A DNA stretch of 64,000 nucleotides from an uncultured Lachnospiraceae bacterium (GTDB taxonomy: Bacteria > Bacillota > Clostridia > Lachnospirales > Lachnospiraceae): contig CADATP010000002.1 in NCBI GenBank assembly GCA_902790935.1, positions 7,399 to 71,398 of the forward strand. The letters are read 5' to 3'. Of the stretch, positions 37,862 through 48,071 are shown in pieces. Made by a program: the position numbers and the translations under genes. Under the pieces are notes generated by a model that saw only the letters and a list, made by a program, of their open reading frames with translations, was not told the DNA's origin and made no database searches. Position 1 is the first letter of the stretch. Every line of letters starts with the position of its first letter.

Positions 37862-39178
37862 TCAGTGTTTTCCGCCAAGCAACTGCTTAACAATCTTTTG
37901 AGGATTGAAGGACTCGATATCGTCCGGTACGTTCTGTCCGCATGTGATGTAAGCAATGGTTGCTCCCGATTCGCATTTCATATTGTAAAGATTTCCGTAC
38001 TCACCGGTCTCGTCAAGCTTTGTAAATACAAGCTGATAATCCGAGATCTCCCTGTAATTGTCGGCGATCTTTTTAAGGTCTTTGTATTTCGTAGTTGCGG
38101 AAAGCACAAGAAAGATCTGTGTTTCCATTTCTTTCGAGCTTTCGATAAATTCCTTTTGCTTTTGAAGAAGCTCTTCGTTTCTGTGGGAATGTCCCGCGGA
38201 GTCAACGAAGATATAATCGCAATCCGCAAAATCCTCAAAAGCCTTTGAAAGCTCATCGGGCTCGTAAATAACCCTGAAGGGTACTCCGAGGATTCCCGCG
38301 TAAGTTCTTAGCTGGTCCGTAGCGGCGATTCTGTATGTATCAGTAGTAAGAAGAGCGATCTTCTTTTTCTCCGTAAGGGATACGCTGCTGGCGATCTTTG
38401 CGATAGTGGTGGTCTTTCCGACACCGGTAGGTCCGATAAAGAATACTACTCTCGGTCCCTTCGAAGCGGGCAGTATTCCGTCGGATTTTCCAAACTTAAG
38501 TATCATCTTCTGGTAGATGTTTCCGAGGAGGAAATCCATAGAAAGCCCCGGCTTTTTAAGTACCTCGGCATCCCCTATGATTTCTCCGGCGTACTTTTCG
38601 TCCACCTCGTTTTCAACCATTGTGTTGTAAAGAAGGCGTAAGAATCTGTCTACCTCTTTTTCCTGTTCTATGATCTCTTCCTTTTTGTCCTTTGGCTCCG
38701 AGCCTTCCTCAGATACAGCCGAGCCGGCTTTATCTGCGTTTTCCCTTGATGAGCTTATAACGCTGCCCTCGCGGTTTAACTGATTTTCCAAAAGAGTCTG
38801 AAGATTATCAAGTTTCTTTTCAAGAGCGGAAGACTCAGCTGCGGAGATTGATGCGGCAGGTGCGGCATTTTCCCCGGCGGATGAGGCTGCAGATTCCTTT
38901 TCTTTTTGGGCCGCTACTATACCCGCTCCCGTAAGAGGAGGCAAAGATTTTTTTGAAGCTTCAACCTGGGCCTGTGCTATCTTTCTTATCTGACGGATAG
39001 GCTCCTCGTCATCCTCTTTAGCGGCGGTAAGCTCCACCTGCTTTTTTCGAAATACAGAGAAGGCCCCCTTGGGTTTAACACTTCTTACGTTCATAATAAC
39101 GTATCCGTCCCCAAGCTCTTTTTGTGCGGCCGCAGCTGCTTCGCTTTCAGTTTTTCCGACAAATTTTCTAATAATCAT
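37862..39178 (-). CDS. flhF: Flagellar SRP-like GTPase FlhF
   Basis: GPTGVGKTTTIAK, DTYRIAA, TKLDE and GQNVPDDI motifs. Confidence 0.95.
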   Translation of the reverse strand: MIIRKFVGKTESEAAAAAQKELGDGYVIMNVRSVKPKGAFSVFRKKQVELTAAKEDDEEPIRQIRKIAQAQVEASKKSLPPLTGAGIVAAQKEKESAASSAGENAAPAASISAAESSALEKKLDNLQTLLENQLNREGSVISSSRENADKAGSAVSEEGSEPKDKKEEIIEQEKEVDRFLRLLYNTMVENEVDEKYAGEIIGDAEVLKKPGLSMDFLLGNIYQKMILKFGKSDGILPASKGPRVVFFIGPTGVGKTTTIAKIASSVSLTEKKKIALLTTDTYRIAATDQLRTYAGILGVPFRVIYEPDELSKAFEDFADCDYIFVDSAGHSHRNEELLQKQKEFIESSKEMETQIFLVLSATTKYKDLKKIADNYREISDYQLVFTKLDETGEYGNLYNMKCESGATIAYITCGQNVPDDIESFNPQKIVKQLLGGKH

Positions 39179-39179
39179 T

Positions 39180-41231
39180 TTATGCGGTTACCATTCCTAC
39201 TGATTGTAATTCTACGTTTGATTCTATTTCGTTGTATGATACAACGACCAGATCTCTGTAATAATCCTCAGTCATACGCTTGAAGTACATTCGCACGATA
39301 GGTGATGTTATGACAATAGGAGTCTTTCCGAGGTTCTCTAATTTCTCTACTTCTTTTCCTACAGCATCCACAATAGCTCTTGAGCGCTGGGGATCCATAT
39401 TGAGGAAGGCTCCGGTTTCCGTCTGCTTGACGCTTCCCATGATCTCCTGCTCGATTTTGGGATCGAGGGTGACAACGCTGCTGGTCTCGTTAGGAGGGAA
39501 GTATTTTGTGGAGATGGCTCTCTTAAGAGCCTGTCTTACGTACTCCGTAAGGATATCCGTATCTCTTGTTGTCTGTGCGTAATCCGCAAGAGTCTCAAGG
39601 ATCGTAAGAAGATCTCTGATTGAGATTCCCTCTCTAAGCAGATTCTGGAGTACCTTCTGGATCTCGCCGAGTCCGAGGAGCTTCGGAGTAAGTTCCTCCA
39701 CAAGGGAAGGATTGGTCTCCTTGATATTGTTGAGGAGGTTCTGTACATCCTGTCTTGTAAGGAGCTCATCGATATGCTCACGGATGATCTCAGTAAGGTG
39801 CGTGGCGATGATAGATGGCGGGTCTACTACGGTATATCCAAGGCTCTCCGCGCGCTCCCTCTGTCCTTCCGTGATCCATGTGGCAGGAAGGTGGAAGGAA
39901 GGCTCGAAGGTTGGAATACCCGTGATTTCCTCTTCAACATATCCGGGATTCATAGCCATATAATGGTCAAAAAGGATCTCTCCTTCGCTTACCTGAATAC
40001 CTTTTATCTTGATGATATACTGGTTAGGGTTAAGCTGTATGTTATCGCGAAGTCTTATAATAGGCACAATGGTACCGAGTTCAAGAGCTATCTGTCGTCT
40101 GATCATAACAACACGGTCCAAAAGGTCACCGCCCTGATTAAGATCCGCCAATGGAATTATACCATATCCGAACTCCAACTCGATAGGGTCTACCGCAAGA
40201 AGGGAGTTAACATTTTCAGGCTGCCTTATCTCCTCTGCCTCCGCCTCCTCCTCGCTGACCTCCGTCTCAATGGCGGCTATCTTTGCCTTGCGATTAAGTC
40301 TGATACCGAGGAAGATGAAAAACGCCGCGATGACGAGGAATAGAATATCGTTAAGAGGCGTAAAGATTCCAAGGACTATCATTACTCCGGCTACAAGGAA
40401 CATAGACTGGGGAGTTCTGAAAAGCTGGTTCAAAATAGTAAGGCCGAAATTCTCCGTCTTGCTTCCCTTGGTAACAAGGATACCTGTACTTAAAGCCGTC
40501 ATCAGGGAAGGGATCTGAGAAACAAGTCCGTCACCGATGGTTAATATCGCATACTTCGAAAGTGCCTCCTGAATGGAAAGTCCGCTAAAGATCATACCCA
40601 TTGCGATACCGCCGATGATGTTGATGAATGTGATGATAAGACCGGCTGTTGCGTCTCCCTTAACATACTTGGTAGCACCGTCCATAGAGCCGAAAAAGCT
40701 TGCTTCTTCCTGGATCTTATCTCTTCTTCTCTTTGCCTCCGCATCGTCAATGGCACCGGTATTTAAGTCGGCATCTATCGCCATCTGCTTACCGGGCATA
40801 GCATCAAGGGTAAATCTTGCGGTTACTTCGGATACACGTTCCGAACCTTTGTTGATGACCATAAACTGGACGATTATAAGGATTATAAAGACGATAACAC
40901 CGACGACCAGATTACCTCCGCCGACGAAATTACCGAAGGTCTGAACCACATTACCGGCATATCCGTTTAAAAGGATCTGTCTTGTTGATGAGGCGTTTAG
41001 ACCGATCCTGAATACGGTGGTAAAAAGGAGGAGTGTCGGGAAGAATGACATATCAAGTACTTCCGACGCAAACATGGTTCCGAACATTATCGTCATAGAA
41101 AGCGCAAAGTCAAGTGCAAGTAAAATATCCAAAAGAAAAGGAGGGATCGGAATGATGAGCATAATGATTGCAACTACGATATAGATCGCAACCGCAAAAT
41201 CTTTGAAGGGAATTTTCTTCAAAAAGTTCAT
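39180..41231 (-). CDS. flhA: Flagellar export protein FlhA
   Basis: RVSEVTARFTLDAMPGKQMAIDADL and FFGSMDGATKYVKGD motifs. Confidence 0.97.
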   Translation of the reverse strand: MNFLKKIPFKDFAVAIYIVVAIIMLIIPIPPFLLDILLALDFALSMTIMFGTMFASEVLDMSFFPTLLLFTTVFRIGLNASSTRQILLNGYAGNVVQTFGNFVGGGNLVVGVIVFIILIIVQFMVINKGSERVSEVTARFTLDAMPGKQMAIDADLNTGAIDDAEAKRRRDKIQEEASFFGSMDGATKYVKGDATAGLIITFINIIGGIAMGMIFSGLSIQEALSKYAILTIGDGLVSQIPSLMTALSTGILVTKGSKTENFGLTILNQLFRTPQSMFLVAGVMIVLGIFTPLNDILFLVIAAFFIFLGIRLNRKAKIAAIETEVSEEEAEAEEIRQPENVNSLLAVDPIELEFGYGIIPLADLNQGGDLLDRVVMIRRQIALELGTIVPIIRLRDNIQLNPNQYIIKIKGIQVSEGEILFDHYMAMNPGYVEEEITGIPTFEPSFHLPATWITEGQRERAESLGYTVVDPPSIIATHLTEIIREHIDELLTRQDVQNLLNNIKETNPSLVEELTPKLLGLGEIQKVLQNLLREGISIRDLLTILETLADYAQTTRDTDILTEYVRQALKRAISTKYFPPNETSSVVTLDPKIEQEIMGSVKQTETGAFLNMDPQRSRAIVDAVGKEVEKLENLGKTPIVITSPIVRMYFKRMTEDYYRDLVVVSYNEIESNVELQSVGMVTA

Positions 41232-41266
41232 ATTCGTTTCCTCCTTTCGGTTATTTTTTTATTTAT

Positions 41267-42376
41267 CTATACCTTACCCTGAAGGTGATATACAAAGGCG
41301 AGGACCTCAGCCACCGCCTGGTAGAGCTCCGGCGGGATTGCCTGTCCGATATCTACGTTATGGTAGAGCATACGGGCAAGAGGCTTATTCTCAACGATGT
41401 GGATACTGTTTTCCTTGGCCACATCTTTTATTCGCTGTGCCAGATATCCCTCTCCCTTTGCGATAACCATCGGTGCATCGATGATCTGGGGATCGTATCT
41501 TATGGCAACTGCGTAGTGCGTAGGGTTGGTGATTACGACATCAGCCTTGGGGAGATCCTGCATCATACGCCTTCTCGAGGCTTCCATCATCTTTTGCTTT
41601 ATCTTTCCCTTTATCTGAGGGTCACCTTCCATTTGCTTGTATTCGTCTTTAACTTCCTGCTTGGTCATCTTCATATCCTTTGAAAACTTCCAGCGCTGGT
41701 AGATAAAATCCGTTCCCGCGATGATTATATAAAGAGCGGATATCCTTATGCCGAGGTCGGTTACAAGCTTACCGATATTTCCAAGAGCAAAGGAAAATTC
41801 CTGATCGTAAAAGGAAAAGATCAGTCCGATATTTTTCGAAACGTAATTGTAGGCCACAAGCCCTATAAGGAGCAACTTAAAGATTGATTTTAAGAGCTCC
41901 ATAAGTGAGTTTAAGGAAAAGATCCTCTTAAATCCGGAGATGGGATTTATCTTGTTAAACTTAGGAGCTAAGGGCTTGGCCGTAGGTTTCCATCTGACCT
42001 GTAAAAGATCAGATAAAAAAACAACTGCAAATCCTATAAGGAGTATTGGAAGGATGATCATCAGTATAGTATAGATCATTCTTCTGAAAAGTATGTTTGT
42101 ATCGTTAACCGGCATCTGCCCGTTCCAGAAAACAACCACATTCGATATCTCTCCGTATACAACGGAAAAGGCATTTTTAAGGCTGCCGCCTATATATCCC
42201 AAAAGTACTTTTAAAACTACAAAAAGCGAAAGGAGTGCAAGGCAGTTTGCTATTTCTCTGCTCTTTGCAACCTGACCTTCTTTTCTGGCATCGTCTAATT
42301 TTTTGTCTGTGGCGGGCTCTGTTTTTTCTCCGCCCTGACCCTCCGCAAAGAAGGTCAAAGTATATTCAAATATCAT
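41267..42376 (-). CDS. flhB: Flagellar export protein FlhB
   Basis: EKTEPAT.KK...ARKEGQV, EGDPQIK and NPTH autocleavage motif. Confidence 0.97.
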   Translation of the reverse strand: MIFEYTLTFFAEGQGGEKTEPATDKKLDDARKEGQVAKSREIANCLALLSLFVVLKVLLGYIGGSLKNAFSVVYGEISNVVVFWNGQMPVNDTNILFRRMIYTILMIILPILLIGFAVVFLSDLLQVRWKPTAKPLAPKFNKINPISGFKRIFSLNSLMELLKSIFKLLLIGLVAYNYVSKNIGLIFSFYDQEFSFALGNIGKLVTDLGIRISALYIIIAGTDFIYQRWKFSKDMKMTKQEVKDEYKQMEGDPQIKGKIKQKMMEASRRRMMQDLPKADVVITNPTHYAVAIRYDPQIIDAPMVIAKGEGYLAQRIKDVAKENSIHIVENKPLARMLYHNVDIGQAIPPELYQAVAEVLAFVYHLQGKV

Positions 42377-42394
42377 AGACCCTCCGCTTAGAGG

Positions 42395-43177
42395 CTAAAT
42401 CATTCCTTTAACAAAAAGCACCATCATCTTTTTCATTTCGGTGTAGATCATATCCGCCGCAGTAGGAAGAAGGCTTACCGTAAGAAACAGGATTCCAAGT
42501 CCTACGATTATCTTTAGCTGGACACCGACGGCAAACATATTCATCTGGGGTGAAACCTTAGCCATAATACCGAGTATCGCATTAAGCATCAACATTGCCG
42601 CAAATATCGGGAGCATTATCCGAAATCCGATAAGTATGTAATCCGCCATAAAGGTAAGGGCTGAGTTAACCAGGGACTCGCTGTTAAAGATTGCTCCGTT
42701 AACCGGGATAAGGGTGTAGGTATCCTTTAAGGCTCCCAGCAGATAAATATATAAGCCGCTGGATAACATCAAAAGGTTAAAGGAATAGTTGTAAATACCG
42801 CCGGTTATTGAGGTACTCTGTCTTGTAGCCGGATCAAAGATGGTAACCATGGAAAGTCCCGTCTCCATATCCGCTATCGTACCTGCAAAGTTTAATATAC
42901 TTAAGCAGATATTTGCGGACAATCCGATAAGCAGACCCGTTACCGCTTCCTTGATAACTATCAGGGCAAGCTCCACGATTGAATCGGTTACGACCGCCTG
43001 TGAGGGGGTAAGGGTATTGTACAGCAGATAAGAGATAAATATGCTGAGGAGTACTCTCACATTCCTCGGCGTATTGGTCATACTGAAAAAAGGAGCGATG
43101 TAGACAAACATGCTCACTCTCACAAATATCAGCAGAAAATATTCAAGATCATAAAATGAAAAAGAATAATTAATCAT
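42395..43177 (-). CDS. fliR: Flagellar export protein FliR
   Basis: AGTIADMETGLSM..IFDP and PQMNMFAVG motifs. Confidence 0.94.
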   Translation of the reverse strand: MINYSFSFYDLEYFLLIFVRVSMFVYIAPFFSMTNTPRNVRVLLSIFISYLLYNTLTPSQAVVTDSIVELALIVIKEAVTGLLIGLSANICLSILNFAGTIADMETGLSMVTIFDPATRQSTSITGGIYNYSFNLLMLSSGLYIYLLGALKDTYTLIPVNGAIFNSESLVNSALTFMADYILIGFRIMLPIFAAMLMLNAILGIMAKVSPQMNMFAVGVQLKIIVGLGILFLTVSLLPTAADMIYTEMKKMMVLFVKGMI

Positions 43178-43446
43178 CTGTGTACGTAATAGCTAAAGGT
43201 TGTCCAAAGGTTAGTGGTATACTCAACCATAGTATTCATCATCCATCCGCCCAGTATCATAAGTGTAAGGAATATGCCTATAAGCTTCGGAACAAATGTG
43301 AGCGTTTGTTCCTGGATGGAAGTAACTGTCTGGAAAATACTGACTATAAGTCCTATTGCCATAGATACAAGTAAAAGAGGCAGTGCGGTCTCCAAGATAA
43401 CATATAATGCCTGCCTGACCATTTCGGTAACGGCTTCTGTTGTCAT
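43174..43446 (-). CDS. fliQ: Flagellar export protein FliQ
   Basis: GLIVSIFQTVTSIQEQTLTFVPK. Confidence 0.96.
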   Translation of the reverse strand: MTTEAVTEMVRQALYVILETALPLLLVSMAIGLIVSIFQTVTSIQEQTLTFVPKLIGIFLTLMILGGWMMNTMVEYTTNLWTTFSYYVHR

Positions 43447-43530
43447 ATCACACTCCTCCTTTCTTTGCCTTCAGCAATTTATATTCTTTCTTTAAACGCC
43501 TTTAAGCCGGATACCCTGAGGGTTCCGGCA

Positions 43531-44406
43531 TCAATAAAAGGTTTGAACTACCTGTCCGATAATAAGCGCCCATCCGTCTGCAAGGACGAAAAGCAATATC
43601 TTGAAAGGCATTGATATTGTAGTAGGCGGCAGCATCATCATACCCATACTCATAAGCGTAGACGCCACAACCATGTCTATGATTATGAAAGGTATATAGA
43701 TCATAAAACCTATCCAGAAGGCGGTCCGAAGCTCCGAGATCATAAAGCTCGGAACAAGAACCGATGTCGGAATGGTTTCAAGAGAACCGTCCCACTCAAG
43801 GTCAGCTATCTGCATAAAAAGCTGTACGTCCTTAAGCTGGGTCTGGGGATACATAAACTCTCGTAAGGGATCCATAGCAAGTTCAAAGAACTCCTGTGTC
43901 TCTATCTCACCCGCTTCGTAGGGCTTAACCGCCGTATCGTTTATCTTTGTGATCGTGGGCTGCATTATAAAGAAGGTAAGGATAAGTGCAAGTCCCAAAA
44001 GTATCTGGTTAGGCGGTGCCGTCTGGGTATTCAGCGCGGCTCTTGTAAAGTGAAGTACTATGATGATCCTTGTAAAGGAAGTCATCATAATAATAAGAGT
44101 CGGCGCGATTGCGATCAGAGTGAGAGTTATAAGAATTCTTAAAGCTCCGTTTAAAGAGCCGTTGTCTCCCTCATATTCAAGTGTAACTCTGTTGAGAGTA
44201 TTTAAGGTATTCAGGTCCTCGGGGCTCTCGTAAGTACCGGCGGGATCAACCGTTGTTGACACCTCCGTATCCCCGGTCTGAAGATGATGCTCCTCGGTAG
44301 CATAAGAAAAAGATTTCCCATTAAACCACAATATGCCCACCGCAAGCAGCAGGCATAATAGCTTTATAATATTTTTTCCAGTTTTACTGATTGGTCCCAT
44401 ACTCAT
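43531..44406 (-). CDS. fliP: Flagellar export protein FliP
   Basis: MTSFTRIIIVL, PPNQ, SELRTAF and MGMMMLPP motifs. Start may be 44400. Confidence 0.96.
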   Translation of the reverse strand: MSMGPISKTGKNIIKLLCLLLAVGILWFNGKSFSYATEEHHLQTGDTEVSTTVDPAGTYESPEDLNTLNTLNRVTLEYEGDNGSLNGALRILITLTLIAIAPTLIIMMTSFTRIIIVLHFTRAALNTQTAPPNQILLGLALILTFFIMQPTITKINDTAVKPYEAGEIETQEFFELAMDPLREFMYPQTQLKDVQLFMQIADLEWDGSLETIPTSVLVPSFMISELRTAFWIGFMIYIPFIIIDMVVASTLMSMGMMMLPPTTISMPFKILLFVLADGWALIIGQVVQTFY

Positions 44407-44774
44407 ACATCCTTTGAATCATCACTGGAATTCTTATCTTTTTTTAATGCCTTTTCGAACATACTTTTAAAGGCAGATTTAGAACCGTCAGGCTTAATTT
44501 CCTTAAGCTCTGACGGATCAATATCTCCCAAAAAAGTAACATTGTCCTTGGATATAGCAAGAATCTTGTAGGTGTTTCCTACTCTTACTATCTGCATCCA
44601 TTTATTGTTAGCTATATGGGTGGTCTCGATAACCTCAATATTACGGCCTGAATTCTGGCTTTTTTGATAGTTTGCGAGCCACTTTGTCACGACTGCAGTC
44701 ACGGCCAAAACGACCACAAAAATCACAAGCACAGTGATAAGCTGCGCGTATGCAGTCTGGCTAAGGATTATCAT
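44403..44774 (-). CDS. fliO: Flagellar protein FliO/FliZ
   Basis: One TM plus NIEVIETT.I..NK..QIVRVG; lies between cheY and fliP. Confidence 0.85.
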   Translation of the reverse strand: MIILSQTAYAQLITVLVIFVVVLAVTAVVTKWLANYQKSQNSGRNIEVIETTHIANNKWMQIVRVGNTYKILAISKDNVTFLGDIDPSELKEIKPDGSKSAFKSMFEKALKKDKNSSDDSKDV

Positions 44775-45136
44775 TATCCAACAACCTTCTTTACAGCTTC
44801 CAATACACGGTCCTGCTGGAAGGGCTTAACGATGAAGTCCTTTGCGCCGGCCTGGATAGATTCGATAACCATTGCCTGCTGTCCCATTGCAGAACACATA
44901 ATAACCTTTGCGCTTGCATCAGCTGCCTTGATAGCCTTAAGTGCCTGGATTCCATCCATCTCGGGCATAGTAATGTCCATAAGTACAAGGTCGGGTGTAA
45001 GCTCTTTGTACTTCTCAACTGCCTTTGCTCCGTTCTCTGCCTCACCCGCAACATTGTAGCCATTCTTTGAAAGAATGTCTTTGATCATCATTCTCATAAA
45101 TGCTGCATCGTCAACAATCAGGATGTTTTTTGCCAT
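44774..45136 (-). CDS. cheY: Chemotaxis response regulator CheY
   Basis: ILIVDDAAFMRMMIKDIL, MDITMPEMDG and SAMGQQ motifs; start MAKN. Confidence 0.96.
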   Translation of the reverse strand: MAKNILIVDDAAFMRMMIKDILSKNGYNVAGEAENGAKAVEKYKELTPDLVLMDITMPEMDGIQALKAIKAADASAKVIMCSAMGQQAMVIESIQAGAKDFIVKPFQQDRVLEAVKKVVG

Positions 45137-45177
45137 TTTCTTTTCCTCCAACTATATATTAATAATATTAGGGGTTA

Positions 45178-46491
45178 CTACTTTATAATTTCCGTTACAC
45201 GTACGCCGAAGCTTTCTTCGATTACTACTACTTCGCCTCGTGCAACGAATTTACCGTTTACAAGTACGTCTATGGGCTCACCGGCGATACGGTCAAGCTC
45301 AATGATAGTACCGGGTGCAAAGTTAAGGATCTCAGAGATCGTCTTTGAGGTTCGTCCAAGCTCAACGGTTACTTCAAGAGGAACGTCCATAATAAGACCG
45401 ATATTCTCTCCGCCGGCGATTCCGGCTGAGTCCCCGTTAAAGTTCTGGAACTGAACAGGTTTAACATTAACTGCCTGCTGAGGCATTGCCATTCCGGGCA
45501 TCATTCCCATCTGAGGCATCATACCCATTCCGGGCATCATACCCATCTGAGGCATCATACCCATTCCCGGCATCATTCCCATCTGGCTCATATCCTGTCC
45601 GGGCATTCCCATACCGGGTGCCATCTGGGGAGCCATCTGAGGCGTAGCTTCAGGCGTAGGTGCCGCTGCGGGAGCGGGTGCGGGAGCAGGTTCTGCGGCA
45701 GGCGTGGGCGCTGCATCTCCTCCGCCGCCCATCTGATTATTGATGAATGTATCAACAATCTTCTTGGCGAATTCTATAGGATAGAGCTGCATGATACTTG
45801 AATCTACCAGCCCGTCTCCAATCTCCATTCTGAAGGAAATCTTTACGAAGGTTCCCCCTAAGAAAGGAGCTATTTCTGCGCCGTTTTCATATTTTGAAAG
45901 ATCAAGAAGCGATGAATCCGGCGGCGAAATGTCTATCATTGTTGAAAGCATGGTGGAGAGCGAGGTGGCTGCCGAACCCATCATCTGGTTCATGGCCTCC
46001 GAAATAGCCGAAAGGTGAATCTCTGAAAGCTCGCCTTCGGTATTTGTACCGTCTCCGCCCATCATCAGGTCTGTAATAACCTTAACATCCGATTCCTTAA
46101 GAACAAGGATGTTGGTTCCGTCCAGTCCCTTTGTATACTTGATCTGAATGAATACACAGGGCTTTTCGTAATTGCCGAGGAGTTCATCCCAGGTAGCAAG
46201 CGTAACAACGGGCGTTGTGATGTTTACCTTACGGTTAACAAGGGAATAGAGAGTAGTGGCCGAAGAACCCATGCTTATGTTGGCTACTTCGCCGATCGCA
46301 TCTTTTTCCACATCGGTAAGTTCGAATCCTTCAGCTGATGCGGCAGAGCTTCCGACAAGGAAATCTTCCTTGGGGGGCTGCTCAGGTTCCGGCTTTAGAT
46401 CCAGTCCGCTGAGGTCAGGTGCTTCATCTCCCGACAGATCCATACCGCTTAAAAGGGCATTGATCTCGTCCTGGGAAAGCATTCCTTCCAT
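45178..46491 (-). CDS. fliY: Flagellar switch phosphatase FliY
   Basis: LSQDEINALL peptide, two CheC-like sites (GEVAN, SEAMN), C-terminal FliN domain. Confidence 0.95.
   Translation of the reverse strand: MEGMLSQDEINALLSGMDLSGDEAPDLSGLDLKPEPEQPPKEDFLVGSSAASAEGFELTDVEKDAIGEVANISMGSSATTLYSLVNRKVNITTPVVTLATWDELLGNYEKPCVFIQIKYTKGLDGTNILVLKESDVKVITDLMMGGDGTNTEGELSEIHLSAISEAMNQMMGSAATSLSTMLSTMIDISPPDSSLLDLSKYENGAEIAPFLGGTFVKISFRMEIGDGLVDSSIMQLYPIEFAKKIVDTFINNQMGGGGDAAPTPAAEPAPAPAPAAAPTPEATPQMAPQMAPGMGMPGQDMSQMGMMPGMGMMPQMGMMPGMGMMPQMGMMPGMAMPQQAVNVKPVQFQNFNGDSAGIAGGENIGLIMDVPLEVTVELGRTSKTISEILNFAPGTIIELDRIAGEPIDVLVNGKFVARGEVVVIEESFGVRVTEIIK
45490..45585 (-). repeat. 18/36-bp tandem coding repeat (MGMMPG/MGMMPQ) in the FliY linker
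   Basis: Repeated GGCATCATACCCAT units on the plus strand. Confidence 0.85.
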
Positions 46492-46494
46492 CTT

Positions 46495-47475
46495 CTATTC
46501 CTCCTCTCTTATCACTGATGTAATCCTTACAGCGTAACAGTCATCGTCAGCTCCGGGAAGTGCAGTGAATTTTTTTATGTTTCCGACATATATATCCATG
46601 TCGTTATCAACCTTAGTATCAAGTCTTAAGCAGTCACCGACCTGTAAGTTCATAAAGTCATTAACCGAGATGACCGTCTTACCGAGAACTGCCCTTATAG
46701 GGATATCAACTCTTCGGATCATAGACTCAATGTAATCCTCAAAGTTCTCATCTCTGTTCTCCTGCATTGTTGAGAACCAGTACTTGGTATTGAGTTTATC
46801 CATAACATCCTCGAGTGTTATGAAGGGTAAGCAGATATTCATAAATCCTTCAACATCTCCGATCTTGATGTTTAAGGTGATGATGGCGATCATCTCATTG
46901 GGAGCGATGATCTGTGCGAACTGGGGGTTGGTCTCAACTCTTTGAAGTACCGGAGAGACATCCAAAACGTTCTTCCAGGGCTCCCTAAGGAGGCTGACCA
47001 TCATAACAAGGATTCTTTGAACGATGGTCATCTCAATCTCGGAAAAGTCTCTGGCTTTGTCCAGAGCCTGTCCCGTTCCGCCTAACATTCTGTCTATCAT
47101 AGCGTAGGCGATATTCGTGGCAAGATCCATAATGATATTGCCGTTTAAAGGCTCGAAGTTAACTATTCCGAGGATTACGGGGTTTGAAAGAGCGTTGGAG
47201 AACTCGTTAAAAGTAACGGTCTCGGAGCTGGCTACCGTAACCTGTACATTTTTACGAAGGTACACCGGAAGGTTGGTCGAAATAAGTCGGCCATAGTGCT
47301 CGAATATAATCTCAAGCGTTCTTAAGTGCTCTTTGGAGAATTTGGTAGGTCTTCCGAAATCGTAGTTTCTGACCTGTTTTTCTTCTTCTCCCGATATCGA
47401 ATCAACATCAAGATCACCGCTGGACAGAGCCGCAAGCAGATTGTCTATTTCATTTTGCGAAAGGACCTCTCCCAA
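46495..47475 (-). CDS. fliM: Flagellar switch protein FliM
   Basis: EVLSQNEIDNLL, YDF.RP.KFSKE, MLGG.G and ETNPQF motifs; TTG start after GGAGG. Confidence 0.96.
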   Translation of the reverse strand: MGEVLSQNEIDNLLAALSSGDLDVDSISGEEEKQVRNYDFGRPTKFSKEHLRTLEIIFEHYGRLISTNLPVYLRKNVQVTVASSETVTFNEFSNALSNPVILGIVNFEPLNGNIIMDLATNIAYAMIDRMLGGTGQALDKARDFSEIEMTIVQRILVMMVSLLREPWKNVLDVSPVLQRVETNPQFAQIIAPNEMIAIITLNIKIGDVEGFMNICLPFITLEDVMDKLNTKYWFSTMQENRDENFEDYIESMIRRVDIPIRAVLGKTVISVNDFMNLQVGDCLRLDTKVDNDMDIYVGNIKKFTALPGADDDCYAVRITSVIREEE

Positions 47476-47514
47476 AGAAATCCACCTCCAAGCGACGCGA
47501 GATGCGTCCGATTT

Positions 47515-48042
47515 TTATCCAAACTGGGTGTCGCTGATCGCGATAGCGTAAATAAAGTCAGATCCGAAAAGATCCTGGATTGCCTTTAAGATTTCAGCCT
47601 TAAGGCCCTCTTCATTGCTTCTGCATTCAGCCTCGGTCTTTGAAGAGATGATCTTTCTGATGGCATCTTTTATAAGGCTTTCGCTTCCGGCTACAAGAGG
47701 CTGCATCTCTTTGTAGTCTTCATGGTTTTTATTTATCTGAAGAGAGATATGGCAGACCATATAAGGGGTCTTTACCTTGCCGTCAGCGGTAGTCTCGGGC
47801 TGAAGGGCGATGGTGAACTGGTCCGCAATATCAAATATCTCGGTATCGGCAAGAGAAATCTGAGTAACAGCGCTCTCCTCAGTGCCATCGGTTATCTCAA
47901 GATTCATAACGGTCATGATCGTTGTGATCATAGCGGCAGTCTTGCTGTTTGTGGTTGTAACGCTGATCATCATCACAACACTGAGTCCGATGTTTACAAG
48001 GAGCAGTGCTAAAATTACGATCGAAAGCAAACTTTTTTTCAT
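47515..48042 (-). CDS. fliL: Flagellar basal body-associated protein FliL
   Basis: One N-terminal TM, IKDAI..II..K and LKAEI motifs; between motB and fliM; start MKKS. Confidence 0.85.
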   Translation of the reverse strand: MKKSLLSIVILALLLVNIGLSVVMMISVTTTNSKTAAMITTIMTVMNLEITDGTEESAVTQISLADTEIFDIADQFTIALQPETTADGKVKTPYMVCHISLQINKNHEDYKEMQPLVAGSESLIKDAIRKIISSKTEAECRSNEEGLKAEILKAIQDLFGSDFIYAIAISDTQFG

Positions 48043-48071
48043 TTCTTTTCCTCGTTCGTAAGACATAACAG

